Origin: Eledone cirrhosa
Taxonomy: Eukaryota
Direction of reading: 5' to 3'
Assembly: GCA_964016885.1 (NCBI GenBank)
Contig: OZ024758.1
Coordinates: 26,288,001-26,352,000, forward strand
DNA length: 64,000 nt
In this document: in pieces, positions 35,154 through 47,788 of the stretch
Numbering within the stretch: the stretch's first letter is position 1
Layout of the letters: each line of letters begins with the position of its first letter
Program-made: the position numbers and the translations under genes
The notes under the pieces: model-generated
Database searches by the model: none
What the model saw: only the letters and a program-made list of their open reading frames with translations
Told to the model about the DNA's origin: nothing

Positions 35154-35729
35154 TTATTATTATTATTATTATTATTATTATATTGTCCTGTACTGTCCTT
35201 AATGTCTACTTTATGTAAACCCTTGTGGTTAATAAAGAAATCATTATTATCATTATTATTGTTATTATCAATTTCATTATTATTATTATTATTATCTTTT
35301 AACTTGAACAGTATCTTTGATTACAGATCTGCTCTGGTGGTCCTGGCAGTGTAAATTGAAAACATATGGTTTTTATTAATCAATACATTCCGTGATAAAA
35401 AGCAATAGACATGCTTACTCTTCTATAAATCTTTATTAATGAATAATTACTTGGTATGTAGGATTGCTTGTGTTAATTACAGAAAGTTTAACCAGAATTG
35501 GCTATAAAAGGAATTCAATGCAAAACCAAATCAGAAATATTTATTTACTGTCGGAATCATATGTTTAATAAAGATGGTATACTTTACATTGTAAATGGCA
35601 AAAACTAAGAAAAATTTATTTGACAGTATAACAGGAAGAAAACTAAAATATTTCGGACATTACTACAAATTGGTCAAACATACAGAAAAAGAAAGTAGTA
35701 TTGGAAAGGACTATAAATGACATGAGAGG

Positions 35730-36163
35730 AAAAGGAGGGAAAGAGCAAGGACCACTAGGAAAAGGGAGAGAGATAGCAAGGACCACTAGGAAAAGAGGGG
35801 GAAAGAGCAAGGACCAATAGGAAAAGGGAGGGAAATAGCAAGGGCCACTAGGAAAAGGGAGGGAAATAGCAAGGGCCACTAGGAAAAGGGAAGGAAAGAG
35901 CAAGGACCACTAGGAAAAGGGAGAGAAAGAGCAAGGACCACTAGGAAAAAGGAGAGAGAGTAAGGACCACTAGGAAAAGGGAGGGAAATAGCAAGGACAA
36001 CTAGGAAAAGGGAAGGAAAGAGCAAGGACCACTAGGAAAGGGGAGAGAAAGAGCAAGGACCACTAGGAAAAAAGAGAGAGAGAGAGAGTAAGGACCACTA
36101 GGAAAAGGGAGGGAAATAGCAAGGACCACTAGGAAAGGGAGGGAAATAGCAAGGACCACTAGG
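35730..36163. repeat. Purine-rich about 30-bp minisatellite x about 14
   Basis: aaggaccactaggaaaagggagggaaatagc repeated. Confidence 0.92.
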
Positions 36164-36164
36164 T

Positions 36165-36308
36165 CAAGGTTTCCCAACCCTTTTTGGTTCAGAAACTTTT
36201 GGGGGAACCCCAAAATCTAATACTGTTATATGGCCGTAATATAAATATACTCCTCTATCTTTTTTAAGGAACCCTTGGGTTCCACAGAACCCATTTTAGG
36301 AACCACTG
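36165..36308. mobile_element. hAT (Charlie-type) MITE with 8-bp TSD CACTAGGT
   Basis: CAAGGTTTCCCAA...TTAGGAACCACTG with TSD at 36157-36164 and 36309-36316. Confidence 0.85.
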
Positions 36309-36696
36309 CACTAGGTAAAGGAAGAAAGAAAGAGGGAAGGGGAGAGGGTGACAGACTCTACACCGGTGTTTAGGCTGGGCCTACTACAAATTCACAAAAG
36401 TAAGTTAAATGTACTTATTTCATTAAAAAAGGGGCTAAACTAATATTTCCTTTAGATAGTCTCTCTTATTAATTTGGTATTTTGCAGCCTCCACCCTCAC
36501 CTGCTAATTTGTTGTTCTCTATATATCTTGTGATTAAAATTAGATCATTATGTGAGGGAGGGAGAGAGGGCTCCATTGTGTGGTTTACTGGGTGGGTTGC
36601 TTGATCTAGCTCCTATCTGAGCTGACCTGGGTCTCAACAGCAACAACAACAACAATAGATCATATCAAACAAACTAATCAAATCAGAGGGAGAGAT

Positions 36697-36796
<100 letters not shown>

Positions 36797-37634
36797 TGTA
36801 CTTGTGTGTGCAGACATGGCTGTGTGGTTAAGGACTTCATTTCGCAACCTCGTGATTCCGGGTTCAGTTCTACTGAGTGGGACCTTAGGCAAGTGTTTCT
36901 GATACAGGCTTGGGTTGATCTTTATAGCCTATTGAGGGAAATTTGATAAACAGAAACTGTATGGAAGCTCGTCATATTTATTACATGTGTGTGTGTGTGT
37001 GAATGTTTACGTTTACTGCTTTGTTGTGTCCTCTTAGCAGATCAATAGAGATCAGTAAAATATGTAATGGGGTCCCCGATGTCATTGACTCAGCAGTCTA
37101 ATGACTGAAAGCTGTAAACATGTACACACACATATGTGAGGGAGAGAGAGAGATGTGTCCTGTAAAATAGCAGATCGACATATCGATTAAATATGAACTG
37201 GAGTTGGTGTGATTCACCCAGCATGGCCACAGTCTAATAACTGCAACCTGTAAAAGTATATATATATATATATATATACATGGCACATGGCTTAGTGGTT
37301 AGAGCATTGGCCTTGCAATCGAAAGGTTGTGAGTTCAATTCTCAGACCGGGTGATGTGTTGTTCCCTTGGGCAAGACACTTTATTTCACATTGCTCCAGT
37401 TTCCTCAGCTGTAGAAATGAGATGATAGGGACGGGGTCCCTATCATTCCACTGCAAAGTGGTCGTGGAGGTGCCACGGCACTCAGCACTCATTGTAAATG
37501 AGGTTGGTGTTAGGAAGGGCATCCAGCTGTAGAAATCAAGCCAGAATCAGTTCCCGTCTCACCCTTGCAAGCAGGGAAAAAGCGGACGTAAAATGAAATG
37601 ATGATGATGATGATGATTATATATATATATATAT

Positions 37635-37860
37635 ATATTTATTAAAATAACAGATTAAAGTTTAAGCAAAGAATCGCTGCTTTCACCCTTAACGGGATCT
37701 TCAGAAGATCCTGTTAAGGGTGAAAGCAGCGATTCTTTGCTTAAACTTTAATCTGTTATTTTAATAAATATTTGCTCTACGGTTCTTATATATTTGATAT
37801 ATATTTATCCTTATCAAGCCCTCTTTGGATTTTAGTCTTCAAATTTATTATTATTACTAT
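37635..37860 (+). mobile_element. Palindromic Penelope-like mini-element with hammerhead-like core
   Basis: 68-bp arms around 37703, unpaired 3' tail, (TA)n flanks; CTGAAGA-TCCC/GGGT-GAAA on the minus strand. Confidence 0.55.
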
Positions 37861-38078
37861 ATATATATATATAAACCCATGCTAGCATGGAAGATAGACG
37901 TTAAACGATGATGATGATGAATATATATATATATAACGAAGGAGGTGTGGTAAGGAACCAGATGGACCATAACACACCAGAGTACTCAATACTTAGGGTA
38001 GTAGAGTGGGTAATAGGAAAATGTCCAGGAATAGCCGTCGAACCGGCTTAAGCTCTGCCGTTGGGGTCATACATTTCC

Positions 38079-38115
<37 letters not shown>

Positions 38116-38434
38116 CTTTGCAATCGAAAGGTTGTGAGTTCAATTCTCAGACCGGGTGATGTGTTGTTTCCTTGAGCAAGACACTTTATTTCACATTGCT
38201 CCAGTTTACTCAGCTGTAGAAATGAGATGATAGGGACTGGGGTCCCTATCATTCCACTGTAAAGTGGTCGTGCAGGTGCCACGGCAAAAAAAAGCACCCA
38301 GCACTCACTGTAAATGAGGTTGGTGTTAGGAAGGGCATCCAGCTGTAGAAATTAAGCCAGAATCAGTTTCCCGTCCCACCCTTGCAAGCAGGGAAAAAGC
38401 GGCAGTAAAATGAAATGATGATGAAAATGATGAT

Positions 38435-38516
<82 letters not shown>

Positions 38517-39413
38517 TGAAAGGGAGATGGAGGGAGTAGAAGATAAAGCATGTTGTTATTTCCTCTAAACAGGGCGGCGAGGGGAATCCTGATAGCTTTA
38601 TGAAGGTAGGAAGAGGTAGATTACACATTACTTATGAAAATAAATATAGGATCTACTACATAGGGCCTCTCACACATACACATCCAAAGTCAGAACTTTT
38701 AATCCATTCACAGTAAGTAATCAAATCACGACAGCTCTATGATGGAGAGAAGAATGAATTACTTTTTATGGAGGAGGAAGAAGAACCCCACCCACCAAAA
38801 AAAAAACAAAAAAAAAAAGAACAGGCAGGGTGAAGAAGTTACACATTAGTTTAGTAGAGTGAGAGAGTTGTTTTGAAAGAGTGAAAAAGAAAGAAAGAGA
38901 ATGTAAATCATTCCAGTTACCTATATTCTGTTGACCTATATTCTGTTGAGCTGCCTCAGATATCAAAACCCCATCTTTAGAACCATGCAAATGTTTATTA
39001 GCTCCTCTACATTTTATGAACCAGTTACGTCCCTTTACGGACTGAGGGACTGAGTTCAAATCCCACCAAGGTTAACTTTGCCTTTCATCCTTACGGGGTC
39101 GATAAAATAAAGTACCAGTAATACACTGGGATAATTGCTGGCCTTGTGCCAAAAGTAGAAACATTTATATGAAATAAGTAACCAAAATTTTTGCAAAATA
39201 CTATTTTGAAACGAAACTAAATTAACATTTTTTTTTTTTAGCTAAACATCTAATATATATTATATAGACAATTAATATTTCTACAGGCTGATATTTAACA
39301 AAACACGCGCGCGCGTGTGTGCGCGTGTGTGTATCCGGGGTTCAATCGAGCGTAACCACAGTAAGTAAGGTACTCAATACATAGCAGAGTATAAATGTTT
39401 AATATAGAAATGG

Positions 39414-39461
39414 CTTCTACAGGACTAGAACTGTTTCATTCGAAGGAAATCATGAGGAAAG
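39414..39461 (-). ncRNA. Type I hammerhead-ribozyme-like motif with one core substitution
   Basis: CUUUC-CUCAUGA-U UUC cuuc GAA U-GAAA-CAG uucuaguc CUG-UA-GAAG. Stems I, II and III are formable, the site is GUA, and CUGA has changed to CUCA. Confidence 0.55.
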
Positions 39462-39742
39462 TTGTAGTGTGTATACTAAGTAGGGACATATATATATATA
39501 TATAAGCAGAAGGGATATTTAATTTGTTGGTAATTCAACAAATATGTTTATAACTGATTTAGAGCACTCAACAGTTTTCTGGAGTATAATACACATTGAT
39601 ATTATGGTTTTATAAATATAATATAATTGTTTCTACTTTTGGCACAAGGCCAGCAATTACCCAGTACATTACTGGTACTTTATTTTATCGACCCTGTAAG
39701 GATGAAAGGCAAAGTTAACCTCGGCGGGATTTGAACTCAGAA

Positions 39743-39776
39743 TATATATTTATATATTTATATAAATATATATATT

Positions 39777-39829
<53 letters not shown>

Positions 39830-39924
39830 ATATATTTATATAAATATATATATTTATATAAATATATATATTTATAAATATATATATTTATAAATATATA
39901 TATTTATAAATATATATATATATT

Positions 39925-39958
<34 letters not shown>

Positions 39959-40202
39959 TATATAAATATATATATTTATAAATATATATATTTATAAATA
40001 TATATATTTATAAATATATATATTTATAAATATATATATTTATAAATATATATATTTATATATATATATATTTATAAATATATATATTTATAAATATATA
40101 TATTTATAAATATATATATTTATATATATATATATTTATAAATATATATATTTATATATATATATATTTATATATATATATTTATATATATATTTATATA
40201 TT

Positions 40203-40234
<32 letters not shown>

Positions 40235-40297
40235 TATATATATATATTTATATATTTATATAAATATATATATTTATATAAATATATATATTTATAA

Positions 40298-40329
<32 letters not shown>

Positions 40330-40460
40330 ATTTATATATATATATAAATATATATATTTATATATATATATAAATATATATATTTATATATATATAAATA
40401 TATATATTTATATATATATAAATATATATATATTTATATATATATAAATATATATATATT

Positions 40461-40492
<32 letters not shown>

Positions 40493-40572
40493 AATATATA
40501 TATTTATATATATATAAATATATATATATTTATATATATATATATATTTATATATTTATATATAAATATATA

Positions 40573-40615
<43 letters not shown>

Positions 40616-40684
40616 TTATATATAAATATATATATTTATATATATATAAATATATATATATTTATATATATATAAATATATATA

Positions 40685-40723
<39 letters not shown>

Positions 40724-40924
40724 TTATATATAAATATATATATTTATATATATATAAATATATATATATTTATATATATATAAATATATATATATTTATA
40801 TATATATAAATATATATATATTTATATATATATATATATATTTATATATTTATATATATATATAAATATATATATTTATATATATATATAAATATATATA
40901 TTTATATATATATATAAATATATA

Positions 40925-40960
<36 letters not shown>
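39743..40960. repeat. 1.2-kb interrupted (TA)n array
   Basis: Pure A/T with TTTA/TAAA interruptions; abuts a 5'-truncated SINE A. Confidence 0.97.
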
Positions 40961-40964
<4 letters not shown>

Positions 40965-42527
40965 CACACACTAAGTAGAGACTATAAGCACTAAAACTAC
41001 ATTTACCACTAAACTATGATTATTAACAGGCAGGTGAAATGGTGACTCAGTGATAGAATGCTGATTTGATAGGACTGAAACTTAATGAAAGGACAATGTA
41101 TTTATTTACAAGAGAAAAGTGTATTTACAAAGGAAGGGAACACACATCAGTCAATGGTAGGAAACTAAATAACAAAATAGTATGTGTATGGTGGGTGCCA
41201 TACTAAATCGTTTTTGTTTTGTTTTGCTTTGTTTGTTTGTTGTTTTTTTACCCTTTATTTTTGTTAGATTTGAATAGGGAAAATGTTGTCCTTTGCCCAC
41301 AAGTAAGATTATTACAGTTAATGTAACACGCGGAAGAGAATGAATTCAGGAATTTTATTTTAGTAGGAAGGAAAATTATATATACAGTGGTTAGATGCTG
41401 AGTTAAAGAGGAAACACAGTGGAAGTTCTTATTCCACTCTGGTTCAATCTTAACTGAGCAAGTCCAGTTATGCACATCCAATCTTTTTTTCCCTTTGCCA
41501 CAATGTATCTAGGAGTACATTATCCAATTTGACATTCCCTTTTTAACCAGGAAGGGAACACACATCAGTCAATGCTAGAAAACTAAATAACAAAATGGTA
41601 TGTGTATGGTGGGTGCCATACTAAATTATATATACAGTAGTTAGATGCTGAGTTAAAGAGGAAACACAGTGGAAGTTCTTATTCCACTCTGGTTCAATCT
41701 TAACTGAGCAATTTCAGTTATGCACACCCAATCTTTTTTTCCCTTTTTCACAATGTATCTAGGAGTACATTAACCAATTTGACATTCCCTTTTTAACCCT
41801 TGAGCATTTACATTACTCTATATTTACTATTGTATTTTCATGGCAAAGGCTTTATCTCACAAAACTACACCTGATGTACCCCTTCCATACACATGCACAC
41901 ATGTGTGTATCATGACTTGTGCACTGTTCATTTTACTGATGTTTGTGCATTGCCCTATGTACTGTACATGCATTTTTTGATGAGTTGTGGTGCACCTGGG
42001 CACTGTACACAATATTTCATTATTATTATTATTATTATATCATGACTCATACACTGTTCATTTTCCTGACATTTGTACATTATTCTATGTACTATACATG
42101 CACCTTTGATGAGTTGTAGTGCACCTGAGCACCGTACACAATAATTTCATTATTATTATTATAATATCGAATCTATGAGATTTTGATATTATTTATTTTG
42201 AGAACAATACCTTAACATCAGTATGAGCGGCCAGTTACAGCCGGTTTGAACAGAAAGGGTTTAGAGGATTCTGGCCAGATATGGTTGGTTTAAATGCTAA
42301 AGGGTTAAGGAAACTAGGTTTGATTTGCAGATCTAGTTGATTTTTTAGCAGGTTAATGAAAAACTGTAGAGCAGTGTTTCTTCTCAGTCTGTAGAGGTGG
42401 TTCAAAGAAAGTAGGAGTTAGTGAAGTTTACCATAGATTGGTAAGTTTTGAAGATCAGAGTGATTCATTGTATAAAAATTAAAAGTCAAAATATAAAGAG
42501 AGGACACAGCACTGTGATGGTCTAGAG

Positions 42528-42696
42528 CAGGGTTTCCCAAACTTTTTCAAACGTGGTACCGCCCTTTCAGATCAGAAACTTTTGGAGGAACCCCAAAGTC
42601 TAATACTGTTATATGGTCGTAATATAAATATACTCCTCTACCTTTTTTCATGGAACCCCAAACACTCCTTCGCAGAACCCACTTTGGGAACCACTG
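42528..42696. mobile_element. hAT MITE, same family as 36165
   Basis: CAGGGTTTCCCAAA...TTTGGGAACCACTG with TSD GTCTAGAG/GTATAGAG. Confidence 0.82.
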
Positions 42697-42833
42697 GTAT
42701 AGAGATAAAAGGTGTTTTGGTCGGGGGAACACGATGTAGCTATATTTTTTTCTGAGTGTGGTTTTTGGTGTTTATGATGCCAGTAATCAAAGGTGTGATA
42801 TGATTTTGGAATACTTGAGCAATATATATAGTA

Positions 42834-43381
42834 TCTAGAATAAGGATGGGTTGGAAGAAGTTTAGGGAGCTGCTTCCTGTTGACAAAGAAGGGTTTCTCC
42901 CTGCGTACGAAAGGACGGTTATATGACGCCTGTGTGAGATGTGCGATGCTGCATGGTAGTGAGACATGGGCACCAATTGCAGAAGATATGCGACAGCTGG
43001 AGAGAAATGAAGTATGCTCCGTTGGATGTGCAATGCCAATGTGCGTGAACGACCAAGCATAGACGAGTTGAGAAAGAAACTGGGTATAAGAGGGATAAGT
43101 TGTGGTGTGCAGGAGAGAAGGCTGAGATGGTATGGACATGTGATGTGCATGGAGGATGACCGATGGGTGAAGAAGTGCCAGGAAGTCCCAGTGGAGGGAA
43201 GACGCAGTAGAAGTAGACCACAAAAAACATGGGCGGAGATGGTGAGAGCAGACCTCAGATCACTGAAGCTCACAGAGGAAATGACGAAGGACCGTGACAA
43301 GTGGAGAGATGCTGTGCTGAATAGGACCTGTCCAACTCTTGCAAGCGGGGAAAAACAGACGTAAAATGATGATGATGATGA
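42834..43381 (+). mobile_element. RTE-clade LINE 3' fragment with (GAT)n tail
   Basis: Frameshifted GWKKFRELLP...KGRLYDACVR..MLHGSETW...RRLRWYGHV...GRRSRSRPQKTW...W. Further RTE scraps at 20220-20400(-), 47300-47470(-) and 55090-55330(+). Confidence 0.88.
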
Positions 43382-46300
43382 TATATATATATGTAAGCCT
43401 AGTTAGACATTCAACAGCTGTTTAGAACTAAAATAGATTTTGGTACTGAAAAAGTCAAGATTAATTGATGTGGTTTAAACTGTTTGGAGAATATAGAACT
43501 TACAAGAGTTTGCTGTAAAGGATTCTAGCAAACAAACAGAAAAGAATTTAGAGTTTATTAGAGTAGAGTTTCTAGAGTATCAAAATAGAGTTTTATCATT
43601 ATATTTAGGGGTTAGGGTTAGGATGTTGGATTGGCAGTATCGGTGATGCGTCGGAGTTCAAATCCTGCTACAGTTAGCTTTGCCTTTCATCCTTACATGG
43701 TCAATAAAATAAAGTACCAGTAACACACTGGGGTCGATTTAATTGATATTTTCTCTTCCCATCAAAGTACTGGCTTTGTGCCAAACGTAGAAACTATTAT
43801 TATATTTAGGGTTGTTTTTAACTGCTGTATATACTCTATATACATACATGAGCTCTTCACTCCTGGTTGAGTCATAGAACCATCCTAGTGGTGGTGTGTG
43901 TGCGTCTTATGTATTTACACTTATCACAGTCCATCCCTCTCCAAGTGTGAACACGACCAATTTCTTCCAATGAAAGAGAAAGTGCAGGAGAGAAAGTGAG
44001 AAATAGATATAGCGGAAGAATCACTCCTCATATTGACTTCGAAAGGATGAAAAATAAAGTTGACCGTGACGAGATTTGAACTTGCAAGGAGCTAGAACTA
44101 ATACCATGGAACATTCTAACAACTTTGCCAATTCACTGCTTTATACATACTTCTCTATAAATCACACTTTTATCCAAGAAAATACACACAAAAACAGCAT
44201 ATGTGACTTATTTACTAGATCTACAAAATTTCAATTCAAAATATACGGTACTTTGGTAAATGTTGTATGTAAAATGTAAGTGCAACATAGCCGAAGCTAA
44301 AACATATAGAGTGTATGCCCCACACCCCTCCCACTGTAAAGTGGTCGTGTAGGTGTGTTGTGTCACAAAAAAAAGCACCCAGTCCACACTGTAAAGTGGT
44401 CATGTAGGCACCAGTTGAAAGCACCCAGTACTGACTGTAAATGAGGTTGGTGTTAGGAAGGGCATTCCAGCTGTAGAAATCAAGCCAGAATCAGTTCTGT
44501 ATGAGCAAAACATGGTCGCCTGACCTGGCATTGCCCACAACAGGAAAACCCCTCTAACCCATGCTAGCATGGAAGAATGGACGTAAAACGGTGAAGATGA
44601 TGATGTATATGGTATTGTATATTTATTTTGTAAATAAGTAAGCAAACAAGAAGAACAAGTCAAGTTAAATTCAGTCTTTAACTTTAAATTGAACCTTTGT
44701 TCTTAGGTTAAAAGCTAGTTTAATGAATATTTAACACTTCTCTGAAATACATTAAGAACAACAAAAATAAACTAAAAGTTTACTTTACTGATAAAAGAAA
44801 TCTTTCCAAAACGGAATGAAATATTAGAAAGGTAGAAAAGCTAAAAAAATACCATATCTGTTGATTTTACCAAATTACCTTTCTTTTGTTTGTGTTTTCC
44901 CTATTAATTATATTTTCCCATTTTTGTGAATTAAGAATAAGAACTTTTCTTATCAGTTTATTTCTGTCATCACATTTAAAATTCCATTTAAAATTTTCAA
45001 AAGAGCATAGTGTTCTTTAGAGAATACTTCATTTGTGTTATAAGGAAAATAAATACTCTTCTTCAATCGTCACTACAACTACAAACACAACCATTATCAC
45101 TGTATCAGTAGCATAACATTTCTATAAATAATTTCAGAAACATCTCTGGATATTTATGTGTTAGTACATAAATATAATTTGTAACGTCTTTTACATTCCA
45201 AATCATACAAATCATACACTGTTTCTTTCTTACAATATAAAACATTGAAGGCAATAATAAATTATTTTATTTTTATTCTCAACACGAAATGATATACAGT
45301 TCTTTTGGAAGTCTCCAGGAAAACTTTCTTTCTTTTTTTTTTTTTTTGTAGTAACCCTAACTTTCATTAGGCAGTAGATTGGCAGTATTAGTAGAGCACC
45401 AGACACCATGCGTCAAAGTATAGTTATGGTGCTTTACGTTCTGAGTTCAGATCCACCCAAGGTTAGCTTTGCCTTTCATCCTTGCAGGGTCGATAAAATA
45501 AAGTACCAGTATGCACTGGGGTCGATTTAATCGACTTTCGCTTCCCCCAAAATTGTTGGCCTGGTGCCTAAATCAGAAACCATTATTATTGCAATTTTTC
45601 AGAGAATCTAATTTGATAGCTCTGAGAAATTTATTCTCTCAAGAGTCAATAAAATATGTACTAAATAATCCATTCCAATCCAGAGTCTTGTCACTTCTGT
45701 TGGAGGAACCCCTGCCTGGTTGACCTCCACTGATTTCTGTTTGGTTTTGGTCACGTCAGGGGTGTAGCCTTACTCACCACACTTTGCCTATTGTAGATTG
45801 GTGAGTTTATTTAACCCATAGTTGGGGTGGATGGCCGTTGACTCTGAGGAGTTCATTCTCCCTTTTAAAAGCTCATTTTATGTGCTGTTGGGGGCCCACT
45901 TACACTCTTTAGTAGACCAAGCTCTAGTGGAAGAGCCGCTTTAGTCACCTGCTACTCGACCATGAAGCAAGTTATTCTGGGTTACATTGTACCAGTAGCA
46001 GGCAGAAGCCTGACCTGACCAATAAATACTGGGTAAATATGATCAACTATTGTACTGCCTCTCTCCCAAAATAGTCAGGCAAGCAGTCCAATTATCATCA
46101 GAATGTTTAACGGTGTTAGGTTGACAGAATCATTAGAACATCAGACAGAATACTTCGAGGTATTTATTCTGGCTCTTTACGTTTTCAGTTAAAATCACAT
46201 GCAATGGTGAAATGATGAACTTTGCCTTTCATACTTCTGCACCTCACTTACACTTGATCTTACATCATATCAAATGCACAGGGGAGGTTGTTATATCATT

Positions 46301-46915
46301 GACACAACTGAACAGTCCTCCAAACCCTTTGTTTGGCAGGGTTTCTACAACTGGATACCCTTATGTACCCAAAATGTACATACAGGTATGATTTATACCT
46401 CCTATTGGTATGTTTTAGTTTAATTTATAAAGCATAGGCCCAGACAAAGTAAATCACAATATATCTTATTTTAAGAAAATGCAAAAATTAATATATAATC
46501 CCAGCCTGGGGCAGCAAAACATCAAAAAGCTCACTGGTACTCCAGTAGTTAAAAGTGCAAGTACATTTTGTCCAAGATAAGGAAATTATTTTTTTTAATT
46601 AATGAATTTATTTATTGCAATCGAGAATGTAAAGCAAGTAAGAATACAAAAAATAGTGTTTGATAACATTCAACTGTTTAGATAACCTATATAAAGTTGG
46701 GTTGGGAACAGTAGCAGAATAAATAATAATTGTTTCTACTATTGGCACAAGGCCAACAATTACCCAGTGCATTACCGGTACTTTATTTTATCGACCCCGT
46801 AAGGATGAAAGGCAAAGTTAACCTCGGCGGGATTTGAACTCAGGATGGCGAGGGCCGTAACTCAATGCGTCAAAGCATGGCGTCCGACCCTCTACCGATA
46901 CTGCCAATCCACCGA

Positions 46916-46955
<40 letters not shown>

Positions 46956-47493
46956 TGGATTGAGAACAGTAGCAGAAGTGTATACATAATAATGAAGGTG
47001 TGTGTGTGTATATCATCATCATCATCATCACCGTTTTACGTCCGTTCTTCCATGCTAGCATGGGTTAGACGGGTTGTCCTGTTGTGGGTAGTGTCTGGTC
47101 GGCTGACCATGCCTTGCTCATACAGGAACTGATCTGGCTTGATTTCTACAGCTGGATGCCCTTCCTAACACCGACCTCATTTACAGTGAGTGCTGGGTGC
47201 TTTTTCATGGCGCCTACACGTCCACTTTACAGTGTGGGCTGGGTGTGGGGGCATATTGTCTATATGCTTCAGCTTGTACCCATGGGAGGTCGGGTACTCT
47301 GTATTACTGCGTGACGCCAGAGGTCACGGTCGTGTGTCATCCATCGCCTTTGAGAAGTGTAATTGGGTAAGGTCGGCTTTTATCACCTCATCCCAGGTCA
47401 TCTTGGGTCTCCCCACTCCGCGGTTTCCATCGACTTCTAGTGCTCTCCACCTTTTTATGCAGCTGTCATCCTTTATATATATATATATATATA

Positions 47494-47788
47494 TAAATAA
47501 ATGAAGTAATTCCATCGGAAAAGTCCAGGAAAAAAGAGTGCTCTATGTAGGTAACAGAGCTTAATAGTTATGTAATAAACAACATAAGGCAATTATATCA
47601 TTTACCAGTGGTTTCTTAAAAGCAAAAGAATTTTGCTTTCAATCCTCAGAATGAGAAAATCCTGGTGTATTACACCAGGATTTTCTCATTCTAATGATTG
47701 AAAGCAAAATTCTTTTGCTTTTAAGAAACTACTGGTAAATGATATAATTGCCTTATGTTGTTTATTACATAACTATATATATATATAT
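47494..47788 (-). mobile_element. Palindromic Penelope-like mini-element with minimal hammerhead-like core
   Basis: 106-bp arms (47564-47776) around 47670, a tail on the left and (TA)n flanks; CTGAGGA-TT-GAAA-GCAAAA/TTTTGC-TT on the minus strand. Confidence 0.5.

Noticed and set aside
43605-43622. Interstitial telomere (TTAGGG)
   Set aside because: Only about three imperfect units, so chance cannot be excluded.
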